Origin: Octopus vulgaris
Taxonomy: Eukaryota
Direction of reading: 5' to 3'
DNA length: 64,000 nt
Assembly (NCBI GenBank): GCA_951406725.2
Contig: OX597821.1
Span: 115,072,001-115,136,000 of the forward strand
Shown one piece after another: positions 1 through 11,905 of this stretch (its first letter is position 1; the number at the start of each line of letters is the position of its first letter). A program made the translations under genes and the position numbers. The notes beneath the pieces are model-generated. The model worked only from the letters and a program-made list of their open reading frames with translations. It was not told the origin of the DNA and searched no databases.

Positions 1-75
1 GTCTTCTGCTATAGCCTCGGGCCAACCAAAACCTTGTGAGTGGATTTGGTAGATGGAAACTGAACGAAGCCTGTC

Positions 76-123
<48 letters not shown>

Positions 124-312
124 CCCTAACATCACTTGACAACTGATGCTGGTATGTGTCAACGTCCTCGTAACTTAACAGTTCGGCAAAAGAGACCGAT
201 AGAATAAGTACTAGGCTTACAAAGAATAAGTCCTGGGGTCGATTTGTTCGACTAAAGGTGGTGCTCCCACATGGCTGCAGTCAAATGGCTGAAACAAGTA
301 AATAATAAAAGA
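1..312 (+). mobile_element. tRNA-derived SINE family A (3' part, cut by window start)
   Basis: Matches the other family A copies (e.g. 45085-45495): ...ccttgtgagtggatttggtagatggaaactga, internal (TA)n(TG)n, tail ...aaatggctgaaacaagtaaa. Confidence 0.85.
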
Positions 313-458
313 ATATATATATATATATATATCATCACAATCAAGGAATGGCCATAATAGGCCATTCACCCACTAGAAATAACAGCCAAAGCTTCAACCG
401 CAAAACAACATTAATTCCGCAAACCAGGAGAAAATTAAAAAAACATTTACCCTGTAAT

Positions 459-561
459 TTCTTATACGATGCACCGTTTCATCTATTGTTTAATGGTAAA
501 CTAACCTGATTAAATTAAATCAAGCCAATCTTCCATAGGCCGATAGATTCGTCAGTAAGAA
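459..561 (-). ncRNA. Type I hammerhead ribozyme (mirror copy in the left foldback arm)
   Basis: Reverse complement of 787-889. Confidence 0.8.
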
Positions 562-786
562 CAGCCAGATCGGAGCAGATATTTTCACGAGGCACTTCTA
601 TCCCTGCCTCGGCAATATCTGACCTAAAATTTTCAAATCATCGCACTCGCGCCAAATTTATCGGCAGCAAATATAAGCCACCGATTCCATTGAATCGGCG
701 GCTTATATTTGCTGCCGATTTTAGGTCAGATATTGCCGAGGCAGGGATAGAAGTGCCTCGTGAAAATATCTGCTCCGATCTGGCTG

Positions 787-889
787 TTCTTACTGACGAA
801 TCTATCGGCCTATGGAAGATTGGCTTGATTTAATTTAATCAGGTTAGTTTACCATTAAACAATAGATGAAACGGTGCATCGTATAAGAA
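787..889 (+). ncRNA. Type I hammerhead ribozyme with extended stem II
   Basis: TTCTTA(787-792)-CTGACGA(793-799)-ATCTAT...ATAGAT(862-867)-GAAA(868-871)-CGGTGCATCG-TA^-TAAGAA(884-889); predicted GUA cleavage after 883. Confidence 0.85.
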
Positions 890-1658
890 ATTACAGGGTA
901 AATGTTTTTTTAATTTTCTCCTGGTTTGCGGAATTAATGTTGTTTTGCGGTTGAAGCTTTGGCTGTTATTTCTAGTGGGTGAATGGCCTATTATGGCCGT
1001 TCCTTGATTGTGATGTTGAACTTATAAATGGTCTTTGACTATTTAATTTTTTCCCACTAGGCCGCTGGTGGCAAAAAATTCTACGAAATTTTTTGCCACC
1101 CTATATTGATTAATTATATATATATATATATATACACACACACATGTAGTTATTAATTTACTTATATGGTTTTATACTTGCAACCACTAATATTATATCT
1201 TATGAATAATAATGTTGTTTTACGTATTTAGGTATGTATATAATATATATACATATAGTGTACACACACACACACACTTATAAAATTGTAATGTGTTGGT
1301 GAGCTATCTTTGAGTAGAAACAGGAAGACGAGGCTTGATTTGAGGTGGATCTCCTGACATCCTCTCTCTCTCTTACTGACAGCATTATGTAAGGTGTCAC
1401 TCAGATAACCTTCTTTTCTGCTGAGAGACGGCCTTGTCCTTTAAGGCTCCGTTGTACCCACCAGACAGCTTTGGAATCAATGCTAGAAACTCCAGTTAAA
1501 CCTGAAGAAACAAGGTTTTCCTACATGTCCTTCATTACCATCTGGACCATTCTAACTTTAGCCATGTTAAACTCTTGTTACATGCTTACTCGTATTCAGA
1601 AAAGTGCATTCTATCTTTTGCTGTTTGATAATAATTGGTCTTTGTAACAAACAAAGAA

Positions 1659-2046
1659 TCATCATCATCATCATCTTTTAATATCTGCTTTCCATGCTAG
1701 CATGGGTTGGATGAATGACTGAGGGCTGGCGAACCAGATGGCTGCACCAGGCTTCAATCTTGATCTGGCAGAGTTTCTACAGCTGGATGCCCTTCCTAAC
1801 GCCAACCACTCCGAGAGTGTAGTGGGTGCTTTTATGTGCCACAAGCACGGGGGGCTGTCAGGCAGTACTGGCAATGACCTCGCTCGAATCTTTTTACACA
1901 TGCCACCGGCACAGGTGCCAGTGAAGCGATGTTGGTAATGATCACGCTTGAATGGTGTCTTTTACGTGCCACCGGCACGGAGGCCAGCTAGCCACTCTGG
2001 CAACGATCACACTCGGATGGTGCTCTTTTAGGCGACGCTGGTAGTG
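1659..2046 (-). mobile_element. RTE-clade LINE 3' tail fragment (family C)
   Basis: Reverse complement of ggcgttaggaagggcatccagctgtagaaa...catgctagcatggaaagc...(GAT)n, the same tail that ends the RT-bearing LINE at 24700-26651. Confidence 0.8.
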
Positions 2047-2237
2047 ATTGCAGAATTATACTGCAATGACCTTTCTATATTTTTTTTGTCCAGTTTTTGA
2101 TATTGATTGTAACAATGTTTTTCCAGTGTTGAAGCAGATTATTTTATTTTGTTTTAAGTTTAACCTCGTTAGATGTTGAGTGAAAGACTTGTTTTTAACG
2201 TTTATTAGCTTCACTAGAAATTTGAGATTCAGATTCC

Positions 2238-2611
2238 TTTATTTGTTTCAGTCATTAGACTGTGGCCATGCTGGGGCACCACCTTAAAGAATTTTTAGTC
2301 AAATGAATTGAACTCAGGAATTAATTTTTTTTAAAAACCTGATACTTATACTGTTGGTCTCTTGCTGAACTGCTGTGTTATGGGGATGTAAACACACCAA
2401 CACTGGTTGTCAAGCAGTGGTGAGAAACAAACACAAAGACACACATGTGATAGTTTTCTTTCAGTTTCCATCTACCAAATCCATTCAAAAGGCTTTGGTC
2501 AGCCTGAGGCTGTAGTAGAAGACACTTGCCCAAAGTACCATGCAGTGGGATAGAACCTGGAACCATGTGGTTGGGAAGCAAGCTTCTCACCACACAGTCG
2601 CTCTTGTGCCT
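2238..2611 (-). mobile_element. SINE family A
   Basis: Full head (A/B-box-like tggtgagaagc...ggttctatccc) plus tail; similar to 45085-45495. Confidence 0.8.
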
Positions 2612-4020
2612 ATGTTACCCAGCTGTGGTCTCTTGCTCTTCAGAAGTTTCAAAAAATAATTCTATTGTCACTGGCATCATCAAAACATTTGGGTCTGGTG
2701 TAAGATTTTTATTTTTCTCTCTTCTGAACTTTATCTGCCTCATTTTTCTGGTTAGGAGAAGCTTCCTGTTAGATTGCAATGTTCTCTGGCAGGGTTCTCT
2801 CAGATCCTTACTATCGCTTCTGAAGTACCACATGGTTTGATTATGTTTTCCCCTTGCTCCTGCTGTCACCTCTAACAATGCTCTCTCCTATACAGATGTT
2901 CCAGCATGGCCACAGTGTGACTGAAACAAGTAAAAGATAAAAAACAGGAAATTATGTCCGTGGCAGATCTGAGTCTGGAGATGGTTCTGGGTCGCCGGGG
3001 AAAGGAACACAAGGTGTTGGAGCTTGTTGTTGTTAACAATTGATTCTGTCAGCTTTTGAGATGTTAAAAGTAATTATGATTAACTGACAGCTGTCCCTTT
3101 CTGTGGGTGGCACTCTATCATGCTTTCAGAGTTGGAATAAGTCTCTGGAAAGAGAGAGAGAGAGAGAGAGGTGTTGAAGAATTTGGCTAAGATGTTGGTT
3201 GATTCTATTTTCATCATTATTTAGCTTTGAATTTTTGCCATCTTCATCAGTCTATGAGGAATTGGTCTTGTAATAAATTGTACTTTTACTTGCTGTCAAA
3301 ATTGTCTTTGTTACAAACACTCACTGGAATGATGTGTGGTATGAGATATTATTTATGTTGATAATTTAGATAAAAGTTTTCGAATGTATAACACCAAAAC
3401 TTTTCAAGAAAGCATTGTGTTGCATGCTTTAGGTTGATCTGGTGAAACCAGCTGGAATCTGTCTCTTGAGGAACATTTCAAAATGAAGTGTTGTATTTAT
3501 GGTTCATAAAAATAAAAATTTAATTTATTACAAACAAAGGAATTATTTTAAGAAATATAGTACTAATGTTGCCAAATTTTCTCATTTGGGAAACTTATTT
3601 AAATTTTTAAAGTTTATCAAAGAATGTCTCAGATAACAATTTTTTTTTTTTTTACACATTTTTGAAAACTAAAGAAATGTAGATTTTTCATCTACTTTTG
3701 GCAGTGTGTTGAATTATTGTCATCATCGTTTACTGTTCACTTTTTCCTGCTTGCATGGGTCAGACAGATTTTGTTAAGCCTGATTTTCTGTGACCAGTGC
3801 CCTTCAGGTTACCAACTCTCACTAATTTCCAAGCAAGGTAATATTTCTCCTTGGCTAGATATGTTTTTCATGGAAGACTGGACACAAACAATATTACTTG
3901 TATAATGGTGATACAATGAATATCGCTTTAAATTTGCCGCTGTATTGCTAATACAAACATATGTTGGTCGTCCCTAGCCTACATAGACATTGCTATATGT
4001 TGTATATAACCCTACATGTT

Positions 4021-4154
4021 CTTTTCTACTCTAGGCACAAGGGCAGAAATTTTTGGGGAGTAGGGGCAGTCGATTAGATCGACCCCAGTATACAACTGGT
4101 ACTTAATTTATCAACCCCAAAAGGATGACAAAGTCGACCTCGGCGGAATTTGAA
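4021..4154 (-). mobile_element. SINE family B, 5'-truncated, with TSD
   Basis: Central gaggtcgactttg...tcatccttt...ggg...gataaattaagtaccag motif; flanked by tataa(c/t)cctacatgtt at 4005-4020 and 4155-4170. Confidence 0.8.
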
Positions 4155-4177
4155 TATAATCCTACATGTTACTATGA

Positions 4178-4490
4178 AAGCACATGGCTAAGCGATTGAG
4201 ATGTTTGGCTCTCAATCATGAGGTCATGAGTTCAATTCCTGGCAGCACGATATGCCCTTGAGCAAGACCCTTTATTTCACATTGCTCTAGTCCACTCAAT
4301 TAGCAAAAGTTAGTCATATCTGTAATTCAAAGGGCTACACATTTGGTGTATCATGCTAAATGCCCTGAGAACTACATTAAGGGTAAGCGTATCTGTGAAG
4401 TACTCAGCCACTTGCATGTGAAGTTCATAGCCAGGCTGTTCCTTTGATTGGATCAACTGGAACATTGTCATAACTGCCAGAGTGCCAGGC
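4178..4490 (+). mobile_element. tRNA-derived SINE family F (V/Meta-domain-like core)
   Basis: B-box gagttcaattcc followed by ccttgagcaagaccctttatttcacattgctctagtccactc; related copies at 34828-35152(-), 12820-13110(+), 10650-10775(-), 43585-43870(-). Confidence 0.7.
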
Positions 4491-5299
4491 CACATGTTAC
4501 TATGTATACTACCTATGTAGCCCTACATGTTACTATAGAATTTAGTAGGTAAATTAATACAATAAAAAAATTATATTTTCATTCATTATATTTTTCCTGA
4601 AATTCTCAAATATGAAAGCCTCTAAAATATGGAATTTTCTTCAAGTGAGAGTCTTCAAAAAGGGAAAATTCCTGAAAGCACTGAGAAACTTCCCTGAAAA
4701 TATATGCTAAGTTAAATGTATTTTTGCCTGTTTAAGATGTTTTAAATCATTTCATATTGATATTTAAAATTTGGTATGTTTTTGTATGTTTTGGTACATT
4801 TCCAGACAATTTTGGTTCTATCACAAAATATACTTTGGCAGCCCTGAAGTGGATAAGTGCCAAATTTATATAAAAAACTTCTTTCACGGTATACATGTAA
4901 ACTGTATTATAAAACATAGAAATAGAGAATAGGTATTTAAGTTTGGGTTCCATCCCTAAGCTGTTCCATTTTATAAAGGCTGATCAATGTTCATTCTGAA
5001 ATCCCCAAAGAATCCAAAATATGAAACACTTCTAGTCCTTACCATTCAAGACAAAAGCTTCTGCTTAGTTTGGCATTGTGAAGCATGATTATATGGCTCC
5101 AGAACTTCTACATTTATCTATCCATCCAGGTATCTTTCTTTCTTTTTCCTTCTTTCTTTATTTTTTCCTCTCTTTCTTTCTTCCTTTCCTTTATTCTTTT
5201 CTTCCTTTCCCTGTCTGTCTATATTTTGAAGCCATATTCACGACAGCATACAACACAATTCGAATGGCTTGAACACAAATTCTGTTTCTGTTCATCAAA

Positions 5300-5583
5300 A
5301 TTGAAATCGAAATCGATCAACATCAATGGAAATTGTAGCTGTGATACTAGTGCCGGTGGCACGTAAGCGAACCATCCGAACGTGGCCGTTGCCAGCCTTG
5401 TCTGGCACGTAAAAAGCACCCACTACACTCACGGAATGGTTGGCGTTAGGAAGGGCATCCAGCCGTAGAAACATTGCCAGATCAGATTGGGCCTGATGCA
5501 GCCTTCTGGCTTCCCAGACCCCAGTTGAACCGTCCAACCCATGCTAACATGGAAAGCGGACGCTAAATGATGATGATGATGAT
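5300..5583 (+). mobile_element. RTE 3' tail (family C)
   Basis: ggcgttaggaagggcatcc...ggacgctaaat(GAT)n. Confidence 0.8.
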
Positions 5584-6194
5584 CTATTTGGTCCTTCTAT
5601 TTCTGTACTCTACTTATTGTACTTAGATCTGTGGTATCCGTACTTTAGTTATTGAACTGATATGTAATTTGTACTGTTTCTTGACTGAATTTAAAAAGAA
5701 AATTACTTTAGTCTGTGTGAAGAGCTGTGTCCACATTCCTTTGCAGGCCCACCTGTGAGCACCTGATGGTTAACATCATCTTAAAATAGTTGCAAATGGG
5801 CTCCATCTTGAGGAAGAAGGGTTTGGCAGAGTGTTCGGTGTAAAGTGTGGGTGGTGAACCCAATTAAAGTGATAAGTGGAGAGATGAGTGAATTTCGAAT
5901 GTTTTACTGTTGGTAACACAAGGACAGTAAACTGTGGGAAGCAGAGGCCACAGTAGTAGCGGGAGAAAAGCAGTGAGAGGACACAGCATATCTGTAAGAC
6001 AAGTTCTTTTGGATGCAGTTTACTGTCCTCACATGTGTACAGTCCAACTGGTTCTGTACTCTAATCTCTTATCATCATTTATTGTATTTCTTAGTAAAAC
6101 ATACTCCGTCATACTGTTTCTCTACTGACATGTACTCAACTCTACTGTTTCTGGATGCTGCCCTACTATTTGCATACTGTTTTTTTTTTCTTTT

Positions 6195-6659
6195 ACAGTT
6201 CTGTATTTGAGAGATGAGGAATTATGTACATTATTTACATTTGACGGATATTTGTCCTCATCTTGTTGAATATTGGGTATATGGCATAGTGGTTAAGTGT
6301 GTGGGCTACTAACCCCAAGATGACCTGAATAATAATAATTATAATAATAATAACAATAACATTGAAAAATACCTTAGGAATGAGAATCCAGATTCGAAAT
6401 TTCCCTAAGACACCTGGCAGAAACGTTAGCATGCTGGGCGAAATGCTTTGCAGTATTTCGTCTGCCGTTACGTTGTGAGTTCAAATTCCGCCAAGGTCGA
6501 CTTTGCCTTTCATCCTTTTGGGGTCGATAAATTAAGTACCAGTTACGCACGGGTCGATGTAATTGACTTAATACCTATGTCTGTCATTGTTTGTCCTCTC
6601 TGTGTTTAGCCCCTTGTGGGTAATAAAGAAATAGGTATATCAGTCGAAACATTGTGTTA
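6195..6659 (+). mobile_element. tRNA-headed hammerhead element (family E) copy 1, interrupted by a family B SINE
   Basis: Inverted 3' tail 6195-6267; tRNA-like head from about 6279; (AAT)n; ...gacacctg(6416) [SINE B] gtatatcagtcgaaacattgtgtta(6635-6659). Confidence 0.8.
6417..6635 (+). mobile_element. SINE family B (tRNA-like head, Nin/Inv-like central domain)
   Basis: gcagaaacgttagc...gagttcaaattccgccaaggtcgactttgcctttcatcc...aagaaatag; near-identical to 60762-60992(-). Confidence 0.85.
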
Positions 6660-7392
6660 TGTACTCTGTTCTGAAAATGTTAGTTTTATATCATCTAAAT
6701 GCAGTAAAAACAAACTCTGTTTATTTCTATTAGTAATCTTGAAAGCAAGGGGCATAACAAATGAGGCATTCGTTTATGTACTCTGTCCTGTTAGTTGTGT
6801 ACTCTGTCCTTCATCACCTTCATCATTTAACATTCTCCTTTCATACCAGCATGGGTTGGACAGTTTGACAGGAACAGGCAAATCAGAGGACTGTGCCGAG
6901 TTCTGCTGTCTGCTTTGGCCTGGTTTCCACAGCTGGATGCCCTTCCTAACAGCAACCACTTTTACAGAGGATGGACTGGGTGCTTTTCATGTAGCACTAT
7001 CAGCAGTGAGGTCACCGAGGCAAGAGTCATCAACAGAGGGTGGGGAGTAGAATGAAGGGTGGTGGTGGCTTTGTGTCAAGTGATGAGAGCTTGGAATAGG
7101 AATAGAGGGACGAAGATGGGTGTCTTGCAGTAGAAGAGGTACATGGCTACTTCAGTTGGAGAGAGAGAGAAGATGATGTGTTGGAAGAGGTCGTGGTGGT
7201 GGGACAGGGTACACTTGAGTTGCAGAGAAGTGTTCATATGTGATGTGGAACTATGGATTGCATAGGGTGAGTAAGATTGCAGAGAGTAGGAAATGGAGGA
7301 GAGGGGGAGGAAATGTTTTGAGTGGATTCTAGTGAAAGGAAGTGGTGTTATGAAGATATATTGTGGGGAAGAGGTTTGGTAGGGACATATTC

Positions 7393-7605
7393 TTTTCTAC
7401 TCTAGGCACAAGGCCAGAAATTTTGAGGGAGGAGTCCAGTCAATTAGATCGACCCCAGTGCATGACTGGTACTTAATTAATTGACCCCGAAAGGATGAAA
7501 GGCAAAGTCAACCTCGATGGAATTTGAACTCAGAACGTAACAGCAGACGAAATATGGCTACTCATTTTGCCCGGCATGCTAACGTTTCTGTCAGCTTGCC
7601 GCCTT
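7393..7605 (-). mobile_element. SINE family B with TSD
   Basis: Full copy flanked by gg(t/c)agggacatatt direct repeats. Confidence 0.85.
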
Positions 7606-7929
7606 TTTGGCAGGGACATATTGTGTGCAGGGGTAGGTTCATGAGGGTGTGAAGGAAAAGAAATATAGTGAGTGGTGAACCCGGGTGAAGAGTGGAGGGT
7701 GGTGTTAAGAAGATAGGTTGTTCTGTACTGTCACAGCCCATATGTCACTGCCATGTAGCATAGTTGTTCATATGCAGGTACCATACAATCTGCTTTTCAC
7801 AGTGAGGGAGAGGGCCGTTGTTATCAGCTAAGTTGATAACTCTTAGAAGTTTTCCCAGCCAGTTCTAATATTCTAATATTACATTAACCCCAGGGCAAAA
7901 CTGTTTTTTTTTATTTTATTGGCCCTAAA

Positions 7930-8545
7930 AGAATGAATGGCAAAGTCGACCTGGGTGGCATTTGAACTTGGAACATAATGTTGGAAGAAATGTCACTAAG
8001 AATTTTGTCTGGTCCGCTAACGATTCTGCCAGCTCACTGTCTTTATTATAATAATAATAATGATGATGATGATGATGATAATCCTTTCTACTGGAGGCGC
8101 AAGGCCTCAAATTTGGCACGAGGGAACTAGTCAATTATATCGTTTCCAGTACACAACTGGTACTTAACTTTTTGACCCCAAAAGGATGAAAGGCAAAGTT
8201 GACCTCAGTGGAATTTGACCTCAGAAAGTAAAGACGCACACAATGCCACAAAGCATTTTGCCTGGTTGGCAAACAACTCTACCAGCTCACCGCCTTAATA
8301 ACAATAATAATAATAATAATAACAATAATAATGGTTTCTGATTTAAGCACAAGGCCAGTAATTTTGAGGTAAGGAGTTTAGTTGATACCATGGTCCCCAG
8401 TATTTGACTGGTACTATATTCTTTTGATCTTGAAGGGATAAAAGCTGAAATTGGCTTTGGTGGGATTTGAACTCACAACATAAGGCACTAGAAAAATGTA
8501 CTATGAGGCAGATAGATGCAACCAATTCTACCAGCTTGCCACCTT
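7930..8545 (-). mobile_element. Three stacked family B SINE copies separated by (AAT)n
   Basis: Repeated gatgaa-ggcaaagt(c/t)gacct...gaatttgaactc...ccagctc motifs. Confidence 0.7.
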
Positions 8546-9517
8546 TTGTATATCAAATAATAAATTAAGTAAAATAAAATTTCTGCAGCATGCTGTATTA
8601 CCAAGCTGTGATTTCTGAAATAGGTAAAACTTCAAAGAATATGGTAAGTTCCAGAAAACATACATTATGACATGGATAGTTTCGTTTCTATGGCAATGTC
8701 TCCCTCTGAGAGGTTTTAATTTTATTTTGAATGAATTACAAAATCCTTTGTTGGGATTCAAGGAATTGTGTTTTGAGTTGACAGAAACTATAAGAGCAAT
8801 ACCCTGGCAGAAGTTTAGGAATCACTGATTGAATTAGCAGACATTGACGGCAGCTCTTTGAATTCCTTCTCCTTTTAAATTTATCTGAAGTATTTCCAAT
8901 ATTCTTACCTGAAGTGGTTTCCATACTTTCTTAGATAAAATGTTGGCTTCTATAAACGAGATATTTTCCCTTTCATCAGTGGAAAGCTAAGAAACCATTC
9001 TTTGGAAGATATTTTGGTTTATCTTTATACTAAATAAAGATTTCATTTCGCAGTGTGATTCTTGGAAAGATAACAATCAAAAGCCCTTCGTTGATATTGA
9101 TTTATTGATACGGTATAGAATTGAAGCCTGGTCGCACATCACGGAAGATAGGAAAAGATATTTTGTTTCTTCTCTTTATGTAAAGAGAAATGGTAATATG
9201 ATATGTCTATATGAAAATGTTTGACCAAATTTTAGCGTCTTGAACTGAGCTAAAAATCTGGAAAACTTCAAATCAAAGACTGGAAATTGATTTTAAAGTA
9301 TGAGAGATGTGTAAAACATGAGGAAAACAGCACCCCTGGGACATAATAAAGAAGTGATTATATAAACTCAATCATTTGTTGTTTTTTTTCTTTTAGTAGT
9401 AGGGAAAGAATTATATATCAAAACTGTTGTTTGTGTTGGCAGTGTGGAGAAGGGGTGAATATCAGCTGTGAGGTCACCTCCCACCATGTAGTGGAGGGCT
9501 AAAAATCTGCTGTGAGG

Positions 9518-9935
9518 CAGGGTTGGATTAAGACCCATAGAGGACCTAAGCACTTGGTGCCCCACTATATATGTAATTGAAAACAAACAATAATAAACCA
9601 TAAAATAAATTTTCGGTTTTTTTTTCAAAATAAAACAAAACTAACAGAAAGATGGAAAATAATATTTATTTTTGTATAATTCCATTTTATTTATATTTGA
9701 AAAGTTTTCTCCTCCTTCTTTTTAATTGCAAAGTTTTTGATCAGATCTTCACTATGATACCATGAACACTTCGAAATTACATTTCTGATCATATAAACCA
9801 CTTCAAATATTATTTTAGTGAGTTCAAAGTGATTTATTTTTGTGCCCTAAACCATTTACCATTTCTGTGGTGCCTTCCTATTCCCTTGATGCCCTAAGCA
9901 TGTTCTTATTTTGCTTAACGGTTAATCCAATGCTG
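9518..9935. mobile_element. Putative hAT-type MITE
   Basis: Terminal inverted repeats cagggttggattaa / ttaatccaatgctg (12/14) with subterminal cctaagca repeats; no clear TSD. Confidence 0.5.
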
Positions 9936-10277
9936 CCTTCAAGTCACTCACCAATGATGGCAAATTTCCATCATTCATAAAGAGCTATGGGCCATGGCAT
10001 CGATTCTTGTGGCCTACATCTGAAAATAGACAGGAGTGTTGCTGTGAGTGGGGTAGCCTAGTCTCATAGCCATACAGTGCTTGTAACACTGGGATCAATA
10101 CAGCTTTTCATTTGTATGTAAAAGCTGCTTGAACCACAGCTGCTTTGGGGCCGGGTTTGGGATGGGGGTTTTACTATTATAAGTATTTGCATCAAGGTTT
10201 TAGTACGAGGATACCCCATGAGTTATGATTTTTGATCCACTTCCTTCCTTCCACCATTGTTGGAGGCCTTGTAAAAC

Positions 10278-10622
10278 ATCATCATTATCATCATCCACTT
10301 TCCATGCTGGCATGGGTTGGATGGTTAAACTGAGGACAGGTAAGCCAGAAGGCTGCACCAGGCTCCAGTCTGATCTGGCAAGGTTTCTACAGCTGGATGC
10401 CCTTCCTAACACCAACCTCTCTGAGAATGTAGTGGGTGCTTTTACATGACACCGGCACGGGAGCCAGTCAAGTGGGCCTGGCATTAATCATGTTCAGATA
10501 GTGCTTTTTATGTGCCACCGGCACAGGAGCCAGTCAGGGGATACTAGCATCAGCTACAGTTGGATGGTGCATTTTACAAGCCACCAGCATGGGAGCCAGT
10601 TAGGCAGCCCTGGCATCGATCA
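10278..10622 (-). mobile_element. RTE 3' tail (family C)
   Basis: (CAT)n...catgggttgg...ctggatgcccttcctaac...tandem gtgctttt sub-repeats. Confidence 0.8.
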
Positions 10623-11507
10623 CATGGTAATATGTACAACTTAATTTTGTCAACAGAGTGGACTGAAGCAATGGGAAATAGTGTCTTACTCAAAGACACA
10701 ACCCACTACTGGGAATCGAACTCATGGCTTTATGATTGTGTGCCGAACACCCTAACCATTCAGCCATGCACCTTCACAGTGGTGGGATAAGTGATTGAGT
10801 GGAAGAAGATTCTGGTTGGAAGTATGGTGCTTTTGCCATTAAATTCCAGCCATCTTCGTAGTGGTAGTTTCTCAGTGTCTGTCATATTTGTAGTGATTTC
10901 CTGAGAAATTCTGAAGCAGACATGGCAGCTGTGGGATTAATGAAGCTCACTTTGAAGCCAGTTGCTTTTGGGTAAACACAGGCACACACACGTACATAGG
11001 CACACATGTACATGCACACACACGTCCACATGCTCTGTCTCAATCTGGAAGGGTCACTCAACGTCCACATGCTCTATCTGCTGCCATACCATCTAACTCA
11101 TCAGCTCTTGTATGCTGTCCACCGACAACTGATTGCTCGCACCTCGCCATCCCTGCCTGCTCACCACGGCCCTTCCGGTGGGACCCAGAGACCCCACTTC
11201 CGACAGGACATGCGTACTCCCTCACTTGCGTCCTTTCCCTACAACACAGTCTGGCTCATAACACCACAGATAAGAAAGGAGAAACGTTTATCCAGCTTTT
11301 GTACTGACATAACACTTGACCAACTGATTGACCTTTTATAACAAGAAATGTCCATCAGCATGTGACCAGTTTGACCACCTTCTGAAGATTGACAACAGAA
11401 GTTGTGGCACTCATGCCTCTCCTCAATTAAGTAGATTGTGGACTTGGAATGCTAAAATCTTTTTGCCCTATTTTGTTGATTATGTTTATCTATGTCTGTG
11501 TGTGATG

Positions 11508-11699
11508 TCATTCTTTTACTTGACTGCGACCATGCTGGAGCACTGTCTTTAGTTAAACAAATCGACCCCAGGACTTATTCTTTGTAAGCCTAGTACTTAT
11601 TCTATCGGTTTCCTTTGTTGAACTGCTAAGTTACAGGGACGTAAATACATCAACATTGGTTGTCAAGCGAAGGTGCAGGGGACAAACTCACACACAGAA

Positions 11700-11742
<43 letters not shown>

Positions 11743-11905
11743 TGATGGGCTTCTTTCAGTTTTCGTCTGCCAAATCCACTCACAAGGCTTTGGTTGATCC
11801 AAGTCTATAGTGGAAGACATTTGGCCAGGTGCCACACAGTGGGACTGAACCCGGAACTATGTGGTTGAGAAGCAAACTTCTTACCACAGAGCCACTCCTG
11901 CACCT
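11508..11905 (-). mobile_element. SINE family A
   Basis: Full-length match to 45085-45495. Confidence 0.85.

Larger units (their letters stand above)
333..1015. repeat. 683-bp foldback inverted repeat (PLE-like inverted pseudo-LTR) inserted in (TA)n
   Basis: 333-630 is the reverse complement of 718-1015 (298-bp arms, one mismatch seen). Inner hairpin 660-687/692-719 with a CATT loop; 29-bp unpaired insert at 631-659. Confidence 0.95.

Noticed and set aside
1300-1510. Possible minus-strand exon after a ttcttcag acceptor
   Set aside because: Short frame ending in a stop, no donor or recognisable protein.
1738-1938. Recurrent peptides FLQLDALPNANHSESVVGAF and PKVPCSGTEPGTMWLGSKLLTTQ
   Set aside because: Translations of the RTE tail and SINE A, which recur many times; not a gene family.
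8528-8924. Possible pogo/Tc1 transposase remnant (NPNKGFCNSFK); similar hints at 31610-31790 and 38900-39070
   Set aside because: Similarity too faint to call without a profile search.
11030-11430. GC-richer segment resembling an old LINE (RTE-X-like) ORF end
   Set aside because: No diagnostic motif readable in frame.
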